Assembly: GCF_001677475.2 (NCBI RefSeq)
Contig: NZ_CP015229.1
Strand: one strand, 5' to 3'
Source: Escherichia coli
Lineage (GTDB): Bacteria > Pseudomonadota > Gammaproteobacteria > Enterobacterales > Enterobacteriaceae
DNA length: 64,000 bases
Part shown: positions 43,205-56,497 of the stretch, one piece after another
Layout: each line of letters begins with the position of its first letter
Position numbering within the stretch: position 1 is the first letter of the stretch
Program-made: the position numbers and the translations under genes
Notes under the pieces: model-generated
Database searches by the model: none
What the model saw: the letters and a program-made list of their open reading frames with translations, nothing else
What the model was told of the DNA's origin: nothing

Positions 43205-44587
43205 ATGGAAAAGAAACTGGGACTGAGCGCACTCACCGCGCTGGTATTAAGCTCAATGCTGGGCGCGGGTGTTTTCAGTCTGCCGCAAAATATGGCGGCA
43301 GTTGCCAGCCCGGCAGCACTGCTCATCGGCTGGGGTATTACTGGCGCTGGCATTTTATTGCTGGCCTTTGCCATGCTGATCCTCACGCGCATTCGTCCCG
43401 AACTTGACGGCGGTATCTTTACCTATGCCCGCGAAGGGTTTGGCGAGCTAATCGGCTTTTGTTCCGCATGGGGATACTGGCTGTGCGCAGTCATCGCCAA
43501 CGTCTCCTATCTGGTGATCGTTTTTTCCGCGTTAAGCTTTTTTACGGACACGCCGGAATTGCGCCTGTTTGGCGATGGTAATACCTGGCAATCGATAGTC
43601 GGTGCATCGGCTTTATTGTGGATTGTTCACTTTTTGATCCTGCGCGGGGTGCAAACCGCTGCCAGTATTAACCTGGTGGCGACACTGGCAAAATTGTTGC
43701 CGCTTGGTCTGTTTGTCGTGCTGGCGATGATGATGTTCAAACTGGATACCTTCAAGCTCGACTTCACCGGACTTGCACTTGGCGTACCCGTTTGGGAACA
43801 GGTGAAAAACACCATGCTGATCACCCTGTGGGTTTTCATTGGTGTGGAAGGTGCCGTGGTTGTTTCTGCGCGTGCGCGTAATAAACGTGATGTTGGCAAA
43901 GCGACACTGCTGGCGGTTCTCTCCGCTCTGGGCGTTTACTTGCTGGTAACGCTGCTTTCGCTGGGTGTGGTGGCACGTCCTGAACTGGCTGAAATTCGTA
44001 ACCCGTCAATGGCCGGTCTGATGGTGGAAATGATGGGACCGTGGGGCGAAATCATCATCGCTGCCGGTTTGATCGTTTCCGTTTGCGGCGCGTACTTAAG
44101 CTGGACCATCATGGCGGCGGAAGTTCCGTTTCTTGCAGCCACTCATAAAGCATTCCCGCGCATTTTTGCGCGCCAGAACGCACAAGCTGCGCCGTCCGCT
44201 TCACTATGGCTGACCAACATCTGCGTGCAAATTTGTCTGGTACTCATCTGGCTGACCGGTTCCGATTACAACACATTGCTGACCATCGCCTCAGAAATGA
44301 TTCTGGTGCCCTATTTCCTGGTCGGCGCGTTCTTGCTGAAAATCGCAACCCGTCCACTGCATAAGGCGGTAGGTGTCGGTGCCTGCATTTATGGCTTATG
44401 GTTACTGTACGCCTCTGGTCCAATGCACTTGCTGTTATCCGTTGTTCTGTATGCACCGGGGCTGCTGGTTTTCCTGTATGCGCGCAAAACGCATACACAT
44501 GATAATGTACTGAACCGTCAGGAAATGGTGCTGATTGGCATGCTGTTAATTGCCTCAGTTCCGGCGACCTGGATGCTGGTGGGATAA
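43205..44587 (+). CDS. ydgI: APC-family amino-acid antiporter YdgI (arginine:ornithine antiporter-like)
   Basis: 460-aa 12-TM-like ORF. Confidence 0.8.
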   Translation: MEKKLGLSALTALVLSSMLGAGVFSLPQNMAAVASPAALLIGWGITGAGILLLAFAMLILTRIRPELDGGIFTYAREGFGELIGFCSAWGYWLCAVIANVSYLVIVFSALSFFTDTPELRLFGDGNTWQSIVGASALLWIVHFLILRGVQTAASINLVATLAKLLPLGLFVVLAMMMFKLDTFKLDFTGLALGVPVWEQVKNTMLITLWVFIGVEGAVVVSARARNKRDVGKATLLAVLSALGVYLLVTLLSLGVVARPELAEIRNPSMAGLMVEMMGPWGEIIIAAGLIVSVCGAYLSWTIMAAEVPFLAATHKAFPRIFARQNAQAAPSASLWLTNICVQICLVLIWLTGSDYNTLLTIASEMILVPYFLVGAFLLKIATRPLHKAVGVGACIYGLWLLYASGPMHLLLSVVLYAPGLLVFLYARKTHTHDNVLNRQEMVLIGMLLIASVPATWMLVG

Positions 44588-44623
44588 CGTTCATCCCATC
44601 GTTGGATAGCAAAGGAGATAACG

Positions 44624-45346
44624 ATGGGTAAAACCCAGCCCTTGCCAATATTAATTACTGGCGGAGGTCGTCGCATCGGCCTCGCCCTCGCATGGCATTT
44701 CATTAATCAAAAGCAACCGGTGATTGTCAGCTATCGGACACACTATCCAGCCATTGATGGACTGATTAATGCAGGTGCGCAGTGTATTCAGGCTGATTTT
44801 TCGACCAACGACGGTGTGATGGCGTTTGCCAATGAAGTACTAAAAAGCACCCATGGTCTGCGTGCTATTTTGCATAACGCCAGTGCGTGGATGGCGGAAA
44901 AACCGAGTGCGCCACTGGCCGACGTGCTGGCTTGCATGATGCAGATCCACGTTAATACCCCATACCTGCTCAACCATGCGCTGGAAAGATTACTGCGTGG
45001 GCACGGACACGCCGCCAGCGATATCATTCACTTTACCGATTATGTGGTGGAGCGCGGTAGCGACAAACATATTGCGTATGCTGCAAGCAAAGCGGCACTG
45101 GATAATATGACCCGCTCGTTTGCCCGCAAGCTGGCACCGGAAGTGAAAGTGAATTCTATTGCGCCATCGCTGATCCTGTTTAATGAACATGATGATGCCG
45201 AATATCGACAACAGGCGCTGAATAAATCACTGATGAAAACCGCGCCTGGCGAGAAAGAAGTGATCGACCTGGTCGATTACTTACTTATCAGCTGCTTTGC
45301 CACCGGACGCAGTTTCCCACTTGATGGCGGTCGTCATCTGCGTTAA
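44624..45346 (+). CDS. folM: Dihydromonapterin reductase FolM (SDR family)
   Basis: 240-aa ORF with N-terminal TGGGRRIG Rossmann motif and YxxxK. Confidence 0.85.
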   Translation: MGKTQPLPILITGGGRRIGLALAWHFINQKQPVIVSYRTHYPAIDGLINAGAQCIQADFSTNDGVMAFANEVLKSTHGLRAILHNASAWMAEKPSAPLADVLACMMQIHVNTPYLLNHALERLLRGHGHAASDIIHFTDYVVERGSDKHIAYAASKAALDNMTRSFARKLAPEVKVNSIAPSLILFNEHDDAEYRQQALNKSLMKTAPGEKEVIDLVDYLLISCFATGRSFPLDGGRHLR

Positions 45347-45678
45347 TGCAGCTTTATCCAGCATATAATCAACACCCATGCGCTTATTCCCCAGCACGCA
45401 ACAGAACCAACAAAAGCAGCGGGTAAGCGCATCATTCCGGTGAAATACCACAGCGACACCAGGTAAACAAAATAGGGAATAATCGACCACATGCTAAAAA
45501 TGATGGTTGCGCGCAAGGCTTCAATGCCGCGTTCGCTGGCAACAATATAATGCGCGATGAGTGCAAAGGTCGGGAAAAGTGGTATCAGCCCGGCGATATA
45601 ATAATTTTTCGTTTTTGCTAAAACACCAATCAACAGCACTACCAGCGCACCGAGCGCGGCTTTGATTACCAGCCCCAT
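45343..45678 (-). CDS. ydgC: GlpM-family inner membrane protein YdgC
   Basis: 111-aa hydrophobic ORF convergent with folM. Confidence 0.8.
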   Translation of the reverse strand: MGLVIKAALGALVVLLIGVLAKTKNYYIAGLIPLFPTFALIAHYIVASERGIEALRATIIFSMWSIIPYFVYLVSLWYFTGMMRLPAAFVGSVACWGISAWVLIICWIKLH

Positions 45679-45806
45679 CTTTTTACCTTAACACTTCCAT
45701 AACAAGTCATCAGTAGAATACCTGATGAAACCTTGTTTAGAAACGATTGATAGTAAGTAAAAACAGCGGGGTGTATTGTGACGTTTTTATATCTACCGTG
45801 AATGTT

Positions 45807-46526
45807 ATGAACACTATCGTATTTGTGGAAGATGATGCGGAAGTCGGTTCACTGATTGCTGCGTACCTGGCAAAACATGATATGCAGGTTACCGTGGAAC
45901 CGCGCGGCGACCGGGCCGAAGAAACTATTTTGCGAGAAAATCCGGATTTGGTGTTACTCGACATCATGCTACCAGGCAAGGACGGCATGACCATTTGTCG
46001 TGATTTACGCGCAAAGTGGTCCGGACCGATTGTTCTTCTAACCTCTCTCGATAGCGATATGAACCACATCCTGGCACTGGAAATGGGTGCCTGCGACTAT
46101 ATTCTCAAAACGACGCCCCCTGCTGTTTTGCTAGCGCGTTTACGTTTGCATTTGCGTCAGAATGAGCAAGCCACACTGACCAAAGGTCTACAGGAAACGT
46201 CTCTGACTCCCTACAAAGCCCTGCATTTCGGCACATTGACCATCGATCCCATCAACCGCGTAGTCACCCTGGCTAACACTGAAATCTCGCTCTCGACAGC
46301 TGATTTCGAATTATTGTGGGAATTAGCTACCCATGCCGGGCAAATCATGGACCGCGATGCATTGCTGAAAAATTTACGCGGCGTCAGTTATGACGGACTG
46401 GATCGTAGCGTGGACGTGGCTATTTCGCGGTTAAGAAAAAAACTGCTCGATAACGCCGCAGAACCTTATCGCATTAAAACTGTGCGTAACAAAGGCTATC
46501 TATTTGCGCCTCATGCATGGGAATAA
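45807..46526 (+). CDS. rstA: Response regulator RstA (OmpR family)
   Basis: 239-aa ORF MNTIVFVEDDAEVGSLIA... with receiver and winged-helix domains. Confidence 0.9.
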   Translation: MNTIVFVEDDAEVGSLIAAYLAKHDMQVTVEPRGDRAEETILRENPDLVLLDIMLPGKDGMTICRDLRAKWSGPIVLLTSLDSDMNHILALEMGACDYILKTTPPAVLLARLRLHLRQNEQATLTKGLQETSLTPYKALHFGTLTIDPINRVVTLANTEISLSTADFELLWELATHAGQIMDRDALLKNLRGVSYDGLDRSVDVAISRLRKKLLDNAAEPYRIKTVRNKGYLFAPHAWE

Positions 46527-46529
46527 GCG

Positions 46530-47831
46530 ATGAAAAAATTGTTTATCCAGTTTTACCTGTTATTGTTTGTCTGCTTCCTTGTGATGTCTCTGCTGGTTGG
46601 GCTGGTGTACAAATTTACCGCCGAACGCGCGGGCAAACAGTCGCTGGATGATTTGATGAACAGTTCGCTGTATCTGATGCGCAGCGAATTGCGTGAGATC
46701 CCCCCACACGACTGGGGTAAGACGCTGAAAGAGATGGATTTAAATCTCTCTTTCGATCTGCGTGTCGAGCCACTGAGTAAATACCATCTTGATGATATTT
46801 CCATGCACCGACTGCGTGGCGGCGAAATTGTCGCCCTGGACGATCAGTACACGTTTTTGCAACGTATCCCGCGCAGCCACTACGTGCTGGCAGTTGGTCC
46901 TGTTCCTTATCTTTATTATCTCCATCAGATGCGATTGCTGGATATCGCCCTGATCGCTTTTATTGCTATTTCCCTCGCCTTTCCGGTGTTTATCTGGATG
47001 CGTCCGCACTGGCAGGATATGTTAAAACTGGAAGCAGCGGCGCAACGATTTGGCGATGGGCATCTCAATGAACGTATCCACTTTGATGAGGGTTCGAGCT
47101 TTGAACGACTTGGTATCGCATTTAACCAGATGGCCGACAATATCAACGCCTTGATTGCCAGCAAAAAACAGCTTATTGACGGTATCGCTCACGAACTGCG
47201 AACACCGTTAGTGCGCCTGCGTTATCGACTGGAGATGAGCGATAACCTGAGCGCCGCCGAATCCCAGGCGTTGAATCGCGATATCAGTCAACTTGAAGCT
47301 TTAATTGAAGAGCTGCTGACTTATGCCCGACTCGATCGCCCACAAAACGAGCTTCATCTTAGCGAACCAGACCTGCCGTTGTGGCTGTCAACGCATCTGG
47401 CAGACATTCAGGCAGTAACACCCGATAAAACGGTACGGATTAAAACGCTCGCGCAAGGCCATTATGCGGCGTTGGATATGCGCTTAATGGAGCGCGTGCT
47501 GGATAATTTGCTCAATAACGCCCTGCGCTACTGTCATTCAACGGTTGAAACCAGCCTGCTACTGTCGGGGAATAGAGCGACATTAATTGTTGAGGATGAT
47601 GGCCCAGGGATTGCCCCAGAAAACCGCGAACATATCTTTGAACCTTTTGTTCGCCTCGATCCCAGCCGGGATCGCTCAACCGGCGGCTGCGGGCTGGGGT
47701 TGGCAATTGTCCACTCTATAGCACTAGCAATGGGCGGTACGGTTAATTGTGACACCAGCGAACTGGGTGGTGCCCGCTTCTCGTTTAGCTGGCCGTTATG
47801 GCATAACATCCCGCAATTTACCTCTGCTTGA
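46530..47831 (+). CDS. rstB: Sensor histidine kinase RstB
   Basis: 433-aa ORF with two TM segments, HAMP, H-box AHELRTP and ATPase motifs. Confidence 0.9.
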   Translation: MKKLFIQFYLLLFVCFLVMSLLVGLVYKFTAERAGKQSLDDLMNSSLYLMRSELREIPPHDWGKTLKEMDLNLSFDLRVEPLSKYHLDDISMHRLRGGEIVALDDQYTFLQRIPRSHYVLAVGPVPYLYYLHQMRLLDIALIAFIAISLAFPVFIWMRPHWQDMLKLEAAAQRFGDGHLNERIHFDEGSSFERLGIAFNQMADNINALIASKKQLIDGIAHELRTPLVRLRYRLEMSDNLSAAESQALNRDISQLEALIEELLTYARLDRPQNELHLSEPDLPLWLSTHLADIQAVTPDKTVRIKTLAQGHYAALDMRLMERVLDNLLNNALRYCHSTVETSLLLSGNRATLIVEDDGPGIAPENREHIFEPFVRLDPSRDRSTGGCGLGLAIVHSIALAMGGTVNCDTSELGGARFSFSWPLWHNIPQFTSA

Positions 47832-47872
47832 CACTACGCGCACGGTGGTCAAGTCACCACCACTGTGCTATA

Positions 47873-50236
<2,364 letters not shown>

Positions 50237-50417
50237 GGCCTGCTCCTCACCTGATTAATTTTTTCTTTCTGTTTTGCTTTCGCTAAGCAACTTTTAGCTC
50301 ACTCATTATTTACCATTTGATAACAAATGTTTGGTCTTTCGTGCCATGTAAAAAAACCGCCCCGAATGAACTGCACCCCAAAAGTTGGACACTCAACGAA
50401 GTAAGGTGCAGTTTTTT

Positions 50418-50939
50418 ATGAGTAAATATTCTCTCAGCTTTAAGCTTGAGGTTGTGCAGCACTATCTTTCCGGCATGGAAGGGCAGAAAGCGACTGCAAA
50501 GCGTTTTGGTATCGATCACAGTGCCGTTCGTAAGTGGACTGCTGCCTGGAAGCTTCATGGCGAAGCCGGACTTACCACCCGGCATTTCGCCTATTCTCCC
50601 GTCTTTAAAGAGTCCGTTATCCTGCATATGCGTGAGCACCGGTTGTCTGTTCGCGAAGTCTGTGCAAAATTCACTATTCCGGCTTTCTCCACGGTCCTTC
50701 TGTGGGAACGCCTGTATGATGAAGGGGGATTAGAAGCCCTCACTGACAGCCGACGCGGGAGAAAAACGATGCCAGAACGCCCTGAAAATAACCCGGCACC
50801 TTCTTTACAGGCTCCTCTTAACCATGATGAACGAGAGGAACTTGAACAACTGCGTGTTGAAGTGGCTTATCTAAAAAAGTTGCAGGCCTTGCTCAGGGAA
50901 AAAAGCACGTCAAAACGCGGGATAAAACGCAGATCGTGA
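50418..50939 (+). CDS. IS3-family transposase OrfA (HTH)
   Basis: 173-aa ORF MSKYSLSFKLEVVQHY...; contains A_AAA_AAG slippery heptamer at 50873-50879. Confidence 0.8.
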   Translation: MSKYSLSFKLEVVQHYLSGMEGQKATAKRFGIDHSAVRKWTAAWKLHGEAGLTTRHFAYSPVFKESVILHMREHRLSVREVCAKFTIPAFSTVLLWERLYDEGGLEALTDSRRGRKTMPERPENNPAPSLQAPLNHDEREELEQLRVEVAYLKKLQALLREKSTSKRGIKRRS

Positions 50940-51775
50940 ATGAGTTAAGGCCGGACTTCCCTCTTGCGCGCTTGTTAAAAGCGGCAGGGCTGGCGAGAAG
51001 TACGTTCTACTGGCAACTGGCGAGCGGTAAAAAACCAGACAAATATGCCGATGATAAGCGGCAGATTTTAACGCTGTTCCATAAACATAAAGGACGGTAT
51101 GGATACAGGCGAATCACGCTGGCTATCCGCCGGGAAGGAAGCTTACTGAACCATAAAAAGGTTCAGAGGTTAATGAAGGCGTTAGATTTAACCTGCTGTA
51201 TCAGAAGGAAGAAATACAACTCTTACAGAGGCCGGTATGGGAAAGTGGCGGGTAATGTGCTGAACCGGCAGTTCAGTGCGGATAAGCCCAACCAGAAGTG
51301 GGTAACAGATGTCACGGAATTTAAAATCAGCGGAGAAAAACTGTATCTGTCCCCCGTTCTGGATCTGTATAACGGAGAAATAGTTGCGTATCAGATGGCG
51401 TCCCGTCCTCTTCTGTCGATGGTGGATGACATGCTGTTGAAGGCTGTATCTGTACTGGGTAAAGACGAATACCCGCTGCTCCACTCAGATCAGGGCTGGC
51501 AATATCAGATGGCGCATTATCAGAACCGGCTTAAGGAGGCTGGTCTGAAACAGAGCATGTCAAGGAAGGGGAACTGTCATGACAATGCGGTGATGGAAAG
51601 CTTCTTCGGCACGCTGAAATCTGAGTGTTTTTACCTGATGGAACACAAGAATATCAGCGAGTTGCGCATGGCTATCGATAATTACATCCACTATTACAAC
51701 CATGAAAGAATAAAACAGAAACTGAAAGGCCTGAGTCCGGTAGAGTACCGAACCCAGGCCCTGATAGCCGCTTAA
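50936..51775 (+). CDS. IS3-family transposase OrfB (DDE catalytic domain; likely expressed as OrfAB by -1 frameshift)
   Basis: 279-aa ORF in -1 frame relative to orfA with integrase-core-like DDE region (HSDQGWQY..., ...NAVMESFFGTLKSE). Confidence 0.8.
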   Translation: MNELRPDFPLARLLKAAGLARSTFYWQLASGKKPDKYADDKRQILTLFHKHKGRYGYRRITLAIRREGSLLNHKKVQRLMKALDLTCCIRRKKYNSYRGRYGKVAGNVLNRQFSADKPNQKWVTDVTEFKISGEKLYLSPVLDLYNGEIVAYQMASRPLLSMVDDMLLKAVSVLGKDEYPLLHSDQGWQYQMAHYQNRLKEAGLKQSMSRKGNCHDNAVMESFFGTLKSECFYLMEHKNISELRMAIDNYIHYYNHERIKQKLKGLSPVEYRTQALIAA

Positions 51776-51823
51776 TATAAACCGTCCAACATTATGGGGT
51801 CAGTTCACGAAGGGCGGCTCTGT

Positions 51824-53470
51824 TTATTTCACACAGCGGGTGCATTGTGTGAGTTGTATCTGCTGGAAGAAGTCATTTCCTTTATCATCCACAAGGATAA
51901 ACGCCGGGAAATCTTCCACTTCAATTTTCCAGATGGCTTCCATTCCCAGTTCCGGATATTCAACACATTCCAGGCTCTTAATACTTCCCTGCGCCAATAC
52001 AGCTGCCGGACCACCGATACTGCCGAGGTAGAAGCCGCCGTGTTTTTTACAAGCATCCGTCACCTGCTGGCTGCGGTTGCCTTTCGCCAGCATGATCATA
52101 CTTCCGCCCTGCGCTTGCAGTTGATCGACATAAGAATCCATCCGTCCGGCGGTCGTTGGGCCAAGAGAACCGGAGGCATAACCTTCCGGCGTTTTGGCCG
52201 GACCCGCGTAGTAAATCGGATGATCTTTAATGTACTGCGGCAGCCCTTCACCGTTATCCATCCGCTCTTTCAGTTTGGCGTGAGCAATATCACGACCAAC
52301 GATAATCGTGCCATTCAGCGATAAGCGTGTAGAAACGGGATACTGCGACAACTGTGCGAGGATCTCTTTCATCGGACGGTTAAGGTCAACGCGCACCGCT
52401 TCGCCTTCTCCCGCTTTGCGCAGCTCTTCCGGGATATATTTGCCTGGATTATGTTCCAGTTTTTCGATCCAGACACCCTGACGGTTGATCTTCGCTTTGA
52501 TATTACGGTCAGCAGAACAGGAGACACCCATACCGACCGGGCAGGATGCGCCGTGACGTGGCAGGCGAATCACGCGGATGTCGTGAGCGAAGTATTTACC
52601 ACCAAACTGCGCACCCAGACCAAGATTTTGCGCTTCGATCAGCAATTCTTTTTCCAGTTCCACATCGCGGAACGCCTGACCGTGCTCATTCCCTTCCGTT
52701 GGTAGTTCATCATAGTATTTCGCGGAAGCCAGTTTCACCGTTTTAAGGTTCGTTTCTGCAGAAGTTCCACCAATAACGAACGCAATATGATACGGAGGAC
52801 AGGCCGCCGTACCCAGAGTGCGCATCTTCTCAACCAGGTAATTTTTCAGTTTCCCCGGCGTTAGTAACGCTTTGGTTTCCTGATAGAGATACGTCTTGTT
52901 TGCCGAACCACCACCTTTGGCGATACAGAGGAATTTGTACTCGTCGCCATCAACGGCATAAAGATCGATCTGCGCTGGCAGATTGGTGCCGGTATTCACC
53001 TCTTTATACATATCCAGTGGCGCGTTTTGCGAGTAGCGCAGATTATCTTCGATATAAGTGTTATAGACACCGCGCGCCAGCGCCGCTTCATCACCACCAC
53101 CGGTCCATACACGCTGCCCTTTTTTACCAACAATAATCGCGGTGCCGGTATCCTGACAGGTCGGCAGAATGCCTTTCGCCGCGATGTCGGAGTTACGCAG
53201 GAATTGCAGCGCCACATATTTATCATTTTCGCTGGCTTCTGGGTCACGCAGAATGTCGGCCACCTGTTGTTGGTGAGCCGGACGCAGCATAAACGACGCA
53301 TCATGAAACGCCTGACGCGCCAACAAAGTTAACGCTTCGGGTGCGACTTTCAAAATCTCCTGCCCTTCAAATTCAGATACGCTAACGTGTTCGCTGGTTA
53401 GCAGGTAATACTCAGTATCATCTTTTTTGAGTGGAAAAGGAGCCTGATAATGAAAGGGTTTGTTTGACAT
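51824..53470 (-). CDS. fumA: Fumarate hydratase class I, aerobic
   Basis: 548-aa [34 protein letters not shown]. Confidence 0.92.
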   Translation of the reverse strand: MSNKPFHYQAPFPLKKDDTEYYLLTSEHVSVSEFEGQEILKVAPEALTLLARQAFHDASFMLRPAHQQQVADILRDPEASENDKYVALQFLRNSDIAAKGILPTCQDTGTAIIVGKKGQRVWTGGGDEAALARGVYNTYIEDNLRYSQNAPLDMYKEVNTGTNLPAQIDLYAVDGDEYKFLCIAKGGGSANKTYLYQETKALLTPGKLKNYLVEKMRTLGTAACPPYHIAFVIGGTSAETNLKTVKLASAKYYDELPTEGNEHGQAFRDVELEKELLIEAQNLGLGAQFGGKYFAHDIRVIRLPRHGASCPVGMGVSCSADRNIKAKINRQGVWIEKLEHNPGKYIPEELRKAGEGEAVRVDLNRPMKEILAQLSQYPVSTRLSLNGTIIVGRDIAHAKLKERMDNGEGLPQYIKDHPIYYAGPAKTPEGYASGSLGPTTAGRMDSYVDQLQAQGGSMIMLAKGNRSQQVTDACKKHGGFYLGSIGGPAAVLAQGSIKSLECVEYPELGMEAIWKIEVEDFPAFILVDDKGNDFFQQIQLTQCTRCVK

Positions 53471-53668
53471 TGTTCTCTCACTTACTGCCTGGTTTGGTTA
53501 TGCTCTGGGCGGGTGTTCCGTTGCCCTGTTAAAAGCGAGTAACAATATCCTACACACTTTTTTAACAAAAACTGAGACTAGTACGACTTTTTGCGGCTCC
53601 AGGTTACTTCCCGTAGGATTCTTGCTTTAATAGCGGGATTAATTTCCACATTAAAACAGGGATTGATC

Positions 53669-54844
53669 ATGCAAAAACTCATTAACTCAGTGCAAAACTA
53701 TGCCTGGGGCAGCAAAACGGCGTTGACTGAACTTTATGGTATGGAAAATCCGTCCAGCCAGCCGATGGCCGAGCTGTGGATGGGCGCACATCCGAAAAGC
53801 AGTTCACGGGTGCAGAATGCCGCCGGAGATATCGTTTCACTGCGTGATGTGATTGAGAGTGATAAATCGACTCTGCTCGGAGAGGCCGTTGCCAAACGCT
53901 TTGGCGAACTGCCTTTCCTGTTCAAAGTATTATGCGCAGCACAGCCGCTCTCCATTCAGGTTCATCCAAACAAACGCAATTCTGAAATCGGTTTTGCCAA
54001 AGAAAATGCCGCAGGTATTCCGATGGATGCCGCCGAGCGTAACTATAAAGATCCTAACCACAAGCCGGAGCTGGTTTTTGCGCTGACGCCTTTCCTTGCG
54101 ATGAACGCGTTTCGAGAGTTTTCCGAGATTGTCTCCCTACTCCAGCCGGTCGCAGGTGCACATCCGGCGATTGCTCACTTTTTACAACAGCCTGATGCCG
54201 AACGTTTAAGCGAACTGTTCGCCAGCCTGTTGAATATGCAGGGTGAAGAAAAATCCCGCGCGCTAGCGATTTTAAAATCGTCCCTCGATAGCCAGCAGGG
54301 TGAACCGTGGCAAACGATTCGTTTAATTTCTGAATTTTACCCGGAAGACAGCGGTCTGTTCTCCCCGCTATTGCTGAATGTGGTGAAATTGAATCCTGGC
54401 GAAGCGATGTTCCTGTTCGCTGAAACACCGCACGCTTACCTGCAAGGCGTGGCACTGGAAGTGATGGCGAACTCCGATAACGTGCTGCGTGCGGGTCTGA
54501 CCCCTAAATACATTGATATTCCGGAACTGGTTGCCAATGTGAAGTTCGAAGCCAAACCGGCTAACCAGTTGTTGACCCAGCCGGTGAAACAAGGTGCAGA
54601 ACTGGACTTCCCGATTCCTGTGGATGATTTTGCCTTCTCGCTGCATGACCTTAGTGATAAAGAAACCACCATTAGCCAGCAGAGTGCCGCCATTTTGTTC
54701 TGCGTCGAAGGCGATGCAACGCTGTGTAAAGGTTCTCAACAGTTACAGCTTAAACCGGGTGAATCAGCGTTTATTGCCGCCAACGAATCACCGGTGACTG
54801 TCAAAGGCCACGGCCGTTTAGCGCGTGTTTACAACAAGCTGTAA
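53669..54844 (+). CDS. manA: Mannose-6-phosphate isomerase
   Basis: 391-aa ORF MQKLINSVQNYAWGSKTALTELYG. Confidence 0.92.
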   Translation: MQKLINSVQNYAWGSKTALTELYGMENPSSQPMAELWMGAHPKSSSRVQNAAGDIVSLRDVIESDKSTLLGEAVAKRFGELPFLFKVLCAAQPLSIQVHPNKRNSEIGFAKENAAGIPMDAAERNYKDPNHKPELVFALTPFLAMNAFREFSEIVSLLQPVAGAHPAIAHFLQQPDAERLSELFASLLNMQGEEKSRALAILKSSLDSQQGEPWQTIRLISEFYPEDSGLFSPLLLNVVKLNPGEAMFLFAETPHAYLQGVALEVMANSDNVLRAGLTPKYIDIPELVANVKFEAKPANQLLTQPVKQGAELDFPIPVDDFAFSLHDLSDKETTISQQSAAILFCVEGDATLCKGSQQLQLKPGESAFIAANESPVTVKGHGRLARVYNKL

Positions 54845-54944
54845 GAGCTTACTGAAAAAATTAACATCTCTTGCTAAGCTTATTAAAGGCTTATAACACC
54901 TTCAGGCGGCCAGTCCGCCTGATTTCATTTTATGGATAATCATT

Positions 54945-56453
54945 ATGAATAAATCGCTGGTAGCGGTAGGCGTCATTGTTGCGCTAGGCGTAGTCTGGAC
55001 AGGCGGCGCATGGTATACAGGCAAGAAGATTGAAACCCATCTCGAAGACATGGTCGCGCAAGCGAACGCGCAACTCAAACTGACAGCTCCTGAATCCAAC
55101 CTGGAAGTCAGTTATCAAAACTATCATCGCGGCGTATTCAGCAGCCAGTTGCAACTGTTGTTGAAACCCATTGCCGGGAAAGAAAATCCGTGGATTAAAA
55201 GCGGTCAGAGCGTCATCTTCAACGAATCGGTTGATCATGGTCCCTTTCCCCTTGCCCAGCTCAAAAAACTGAACCTGATCCCGTCGATGGCATCAATTCA
55301 AACCACGCTGGTTAATAACGAAGTAAGCAAACCACTGTTTGATATGGCAAAAGGTGAAACGCCTTTTGAGATTAACTCCCGCATTGGTTACAGCGGAGAT
55401 TCCAGTTCCGATATTTCGCTCAAACCACTGAATTACGCGCAAAAGGATGAAAAAGTCGCCTTTAGCGGCGGCGAGTTCCAGTTAAATGCTGACAGAGACG
55501 GCAAAGCTATCTCCCTTTCCGGGGAGGCGCAAAGTGGTCGGATAGACGCAGTTAACGAATACAACCAGAAAGTGCAGTTGACCTTTAATAATCTGAAAAC
55601 CGACGGTTCCAGCACGCTGGCAAGTTTTGGTGAGCGCGTAGGAAACCAAAAACTGTCACTGGAAAAAATGACCATTTCAGTGGAAGGCAAAGAACTGGCA
55701 CTGCTGGAAGGCATGGAGATCAGCGGTAAATCGGATCTGGTCAATGATGGTAAAACGATCAATAGCCAACTGGATTACTCGCTAAACAGCCTGAAGGTAC
55801 AGAATCAGGATCTGGGCAGCGGCAAGCTGACTTTAAAAGTCGGCCAGATTGATGGTGAAGCCTGGCATCAGTTTAGCCAGCAATATAACGCGCAAACTCA
55901 GGCGCTGCTGGCACAGCCAGAAATTGCCAACAATCCCGAACTTTATCAGGAGAAAGTGACAGAAGCCTTCTTTAGCGCCCTGCCGCTGTTGCTGAAAGGC
56001 GATCCGGTGATTACTATTGCGCCGCTAAGCTGGAAAAACAGTCAGGGTGAAAGTGCGCTGAATCTTTCGCTGTTCCTGAAAGATCCGGCAACGACTAAAG
56101 AAGCGCCGCAAACGCTAGCGCAGGAAGTAGACCGCTCGGTTAAATCTCTGGATGCGAAACTTACCATTCCGGTGGATATGGCAACTGAGTTGATGACTCA
56201 GGTAGCGAAGCTGGAAGGTTATCAGGAAGATCAAGCGAAAAAACTGGCGAAACAGCAAGTTGAAGGTGCATCAGCAATGGGGCAGATGTTCCGTCTGACC
56301 ACCTTGCAGGACAATACCATCACCACCAGCCTGCAATATGCTAACGGTCAGATCACGTTAAACGGGCAGAAAATGCCACTGGAAGATTTTGTTGGGATGT
56401 TTGCGATGCCGGCATTAAACGTTCCGGCTGTACCCGCTATTCCGCAGCAGTAA
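54945..56453 (+). CDS. ydgA: DUF945-family protein YdgA
   Basis: 502-aa ORF with N-terminal TM/signal segment. Confidence 0.85.
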   Translation: MNKSLVAVGVIVALGVVWTGGAWYTGKKIETHLEDMVAQANAQLKLTAPESNLEVSYQNYHRGVFSSQLQLLLKPIAGKENPWIKSGQSVIFNESVDHGPFPLAQLKKLNLIPSMASIQTTLVNNEVSKPLFDMAKGETPFEINSRIGYSGDSSSDISLKPLNYAQKDEKVAFSGGEFQLNADRDGKAISLSGEAQSGRIDAVNEYNQKVQLTFNNLKTDGSSTLASFGERVGNQKLSLEKMTISVEGKELALLEGMEISGKSDLVNDGKTINSQLDYSLNSLKVQNQDLGSGKLTLKVGQIDGEAWHQFSQQYNAQTQALLAQPEIANNPELYQEKVTEAFFSALPLLLKGDPVITIAPLSWKNSQGESALNLSLFLKDPATTKEAPQTLAQEVDRSVKSLDAKLTIPVDMATELMTQVAKLEGYQEDQAKKLAKQQVEGASAMGQMFRLTTLQDNTITTSLQYANGQITLNGQKMPLEDFVGMFAMPALNVPAVPAIPQQ

Positions 56454-56465
56454 TTCACAGCCAAA

Positions 56466-56491
56466 ACGCCGGAGATTTTTCTCTCCGGCGT
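56466..56491. terminator. Bidirectional intrinsic terminator between ydgA and uidC
   Basis: ACGCCGGAGA-tttttc-TCTCCGGCGT with T-run on plus and A-run before it. Confidence 0.55.
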
Positions 56492-56497
56492 TATTTC

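Larger units (their letters stand above)
50367..51806 (+). mobile_element. IS3-family insertion sequence (IS150-group-like), 1,440 bp, flanked by 4-bp duplication CGAA
   Basis: Imperfect terminal inverted repeats TGAACTGCACCCCAAAAGTTGGAC / rc TGAACTGACCCCATAATGTTGGAC; orfA/orfB in -1 frame relation; CGAA at 50363-50366 and 51807-51810. Confidence 0.85.

Noticed and set aside
50367-51806. Naming the insertion sequence as IS150 or IS1397
   Set aside because: The OrfA N-terminus differs from the IS150 InsJ sequence I recall; only family-level (IS3, IS150-group-like) assignment is supportable without ISfinder.
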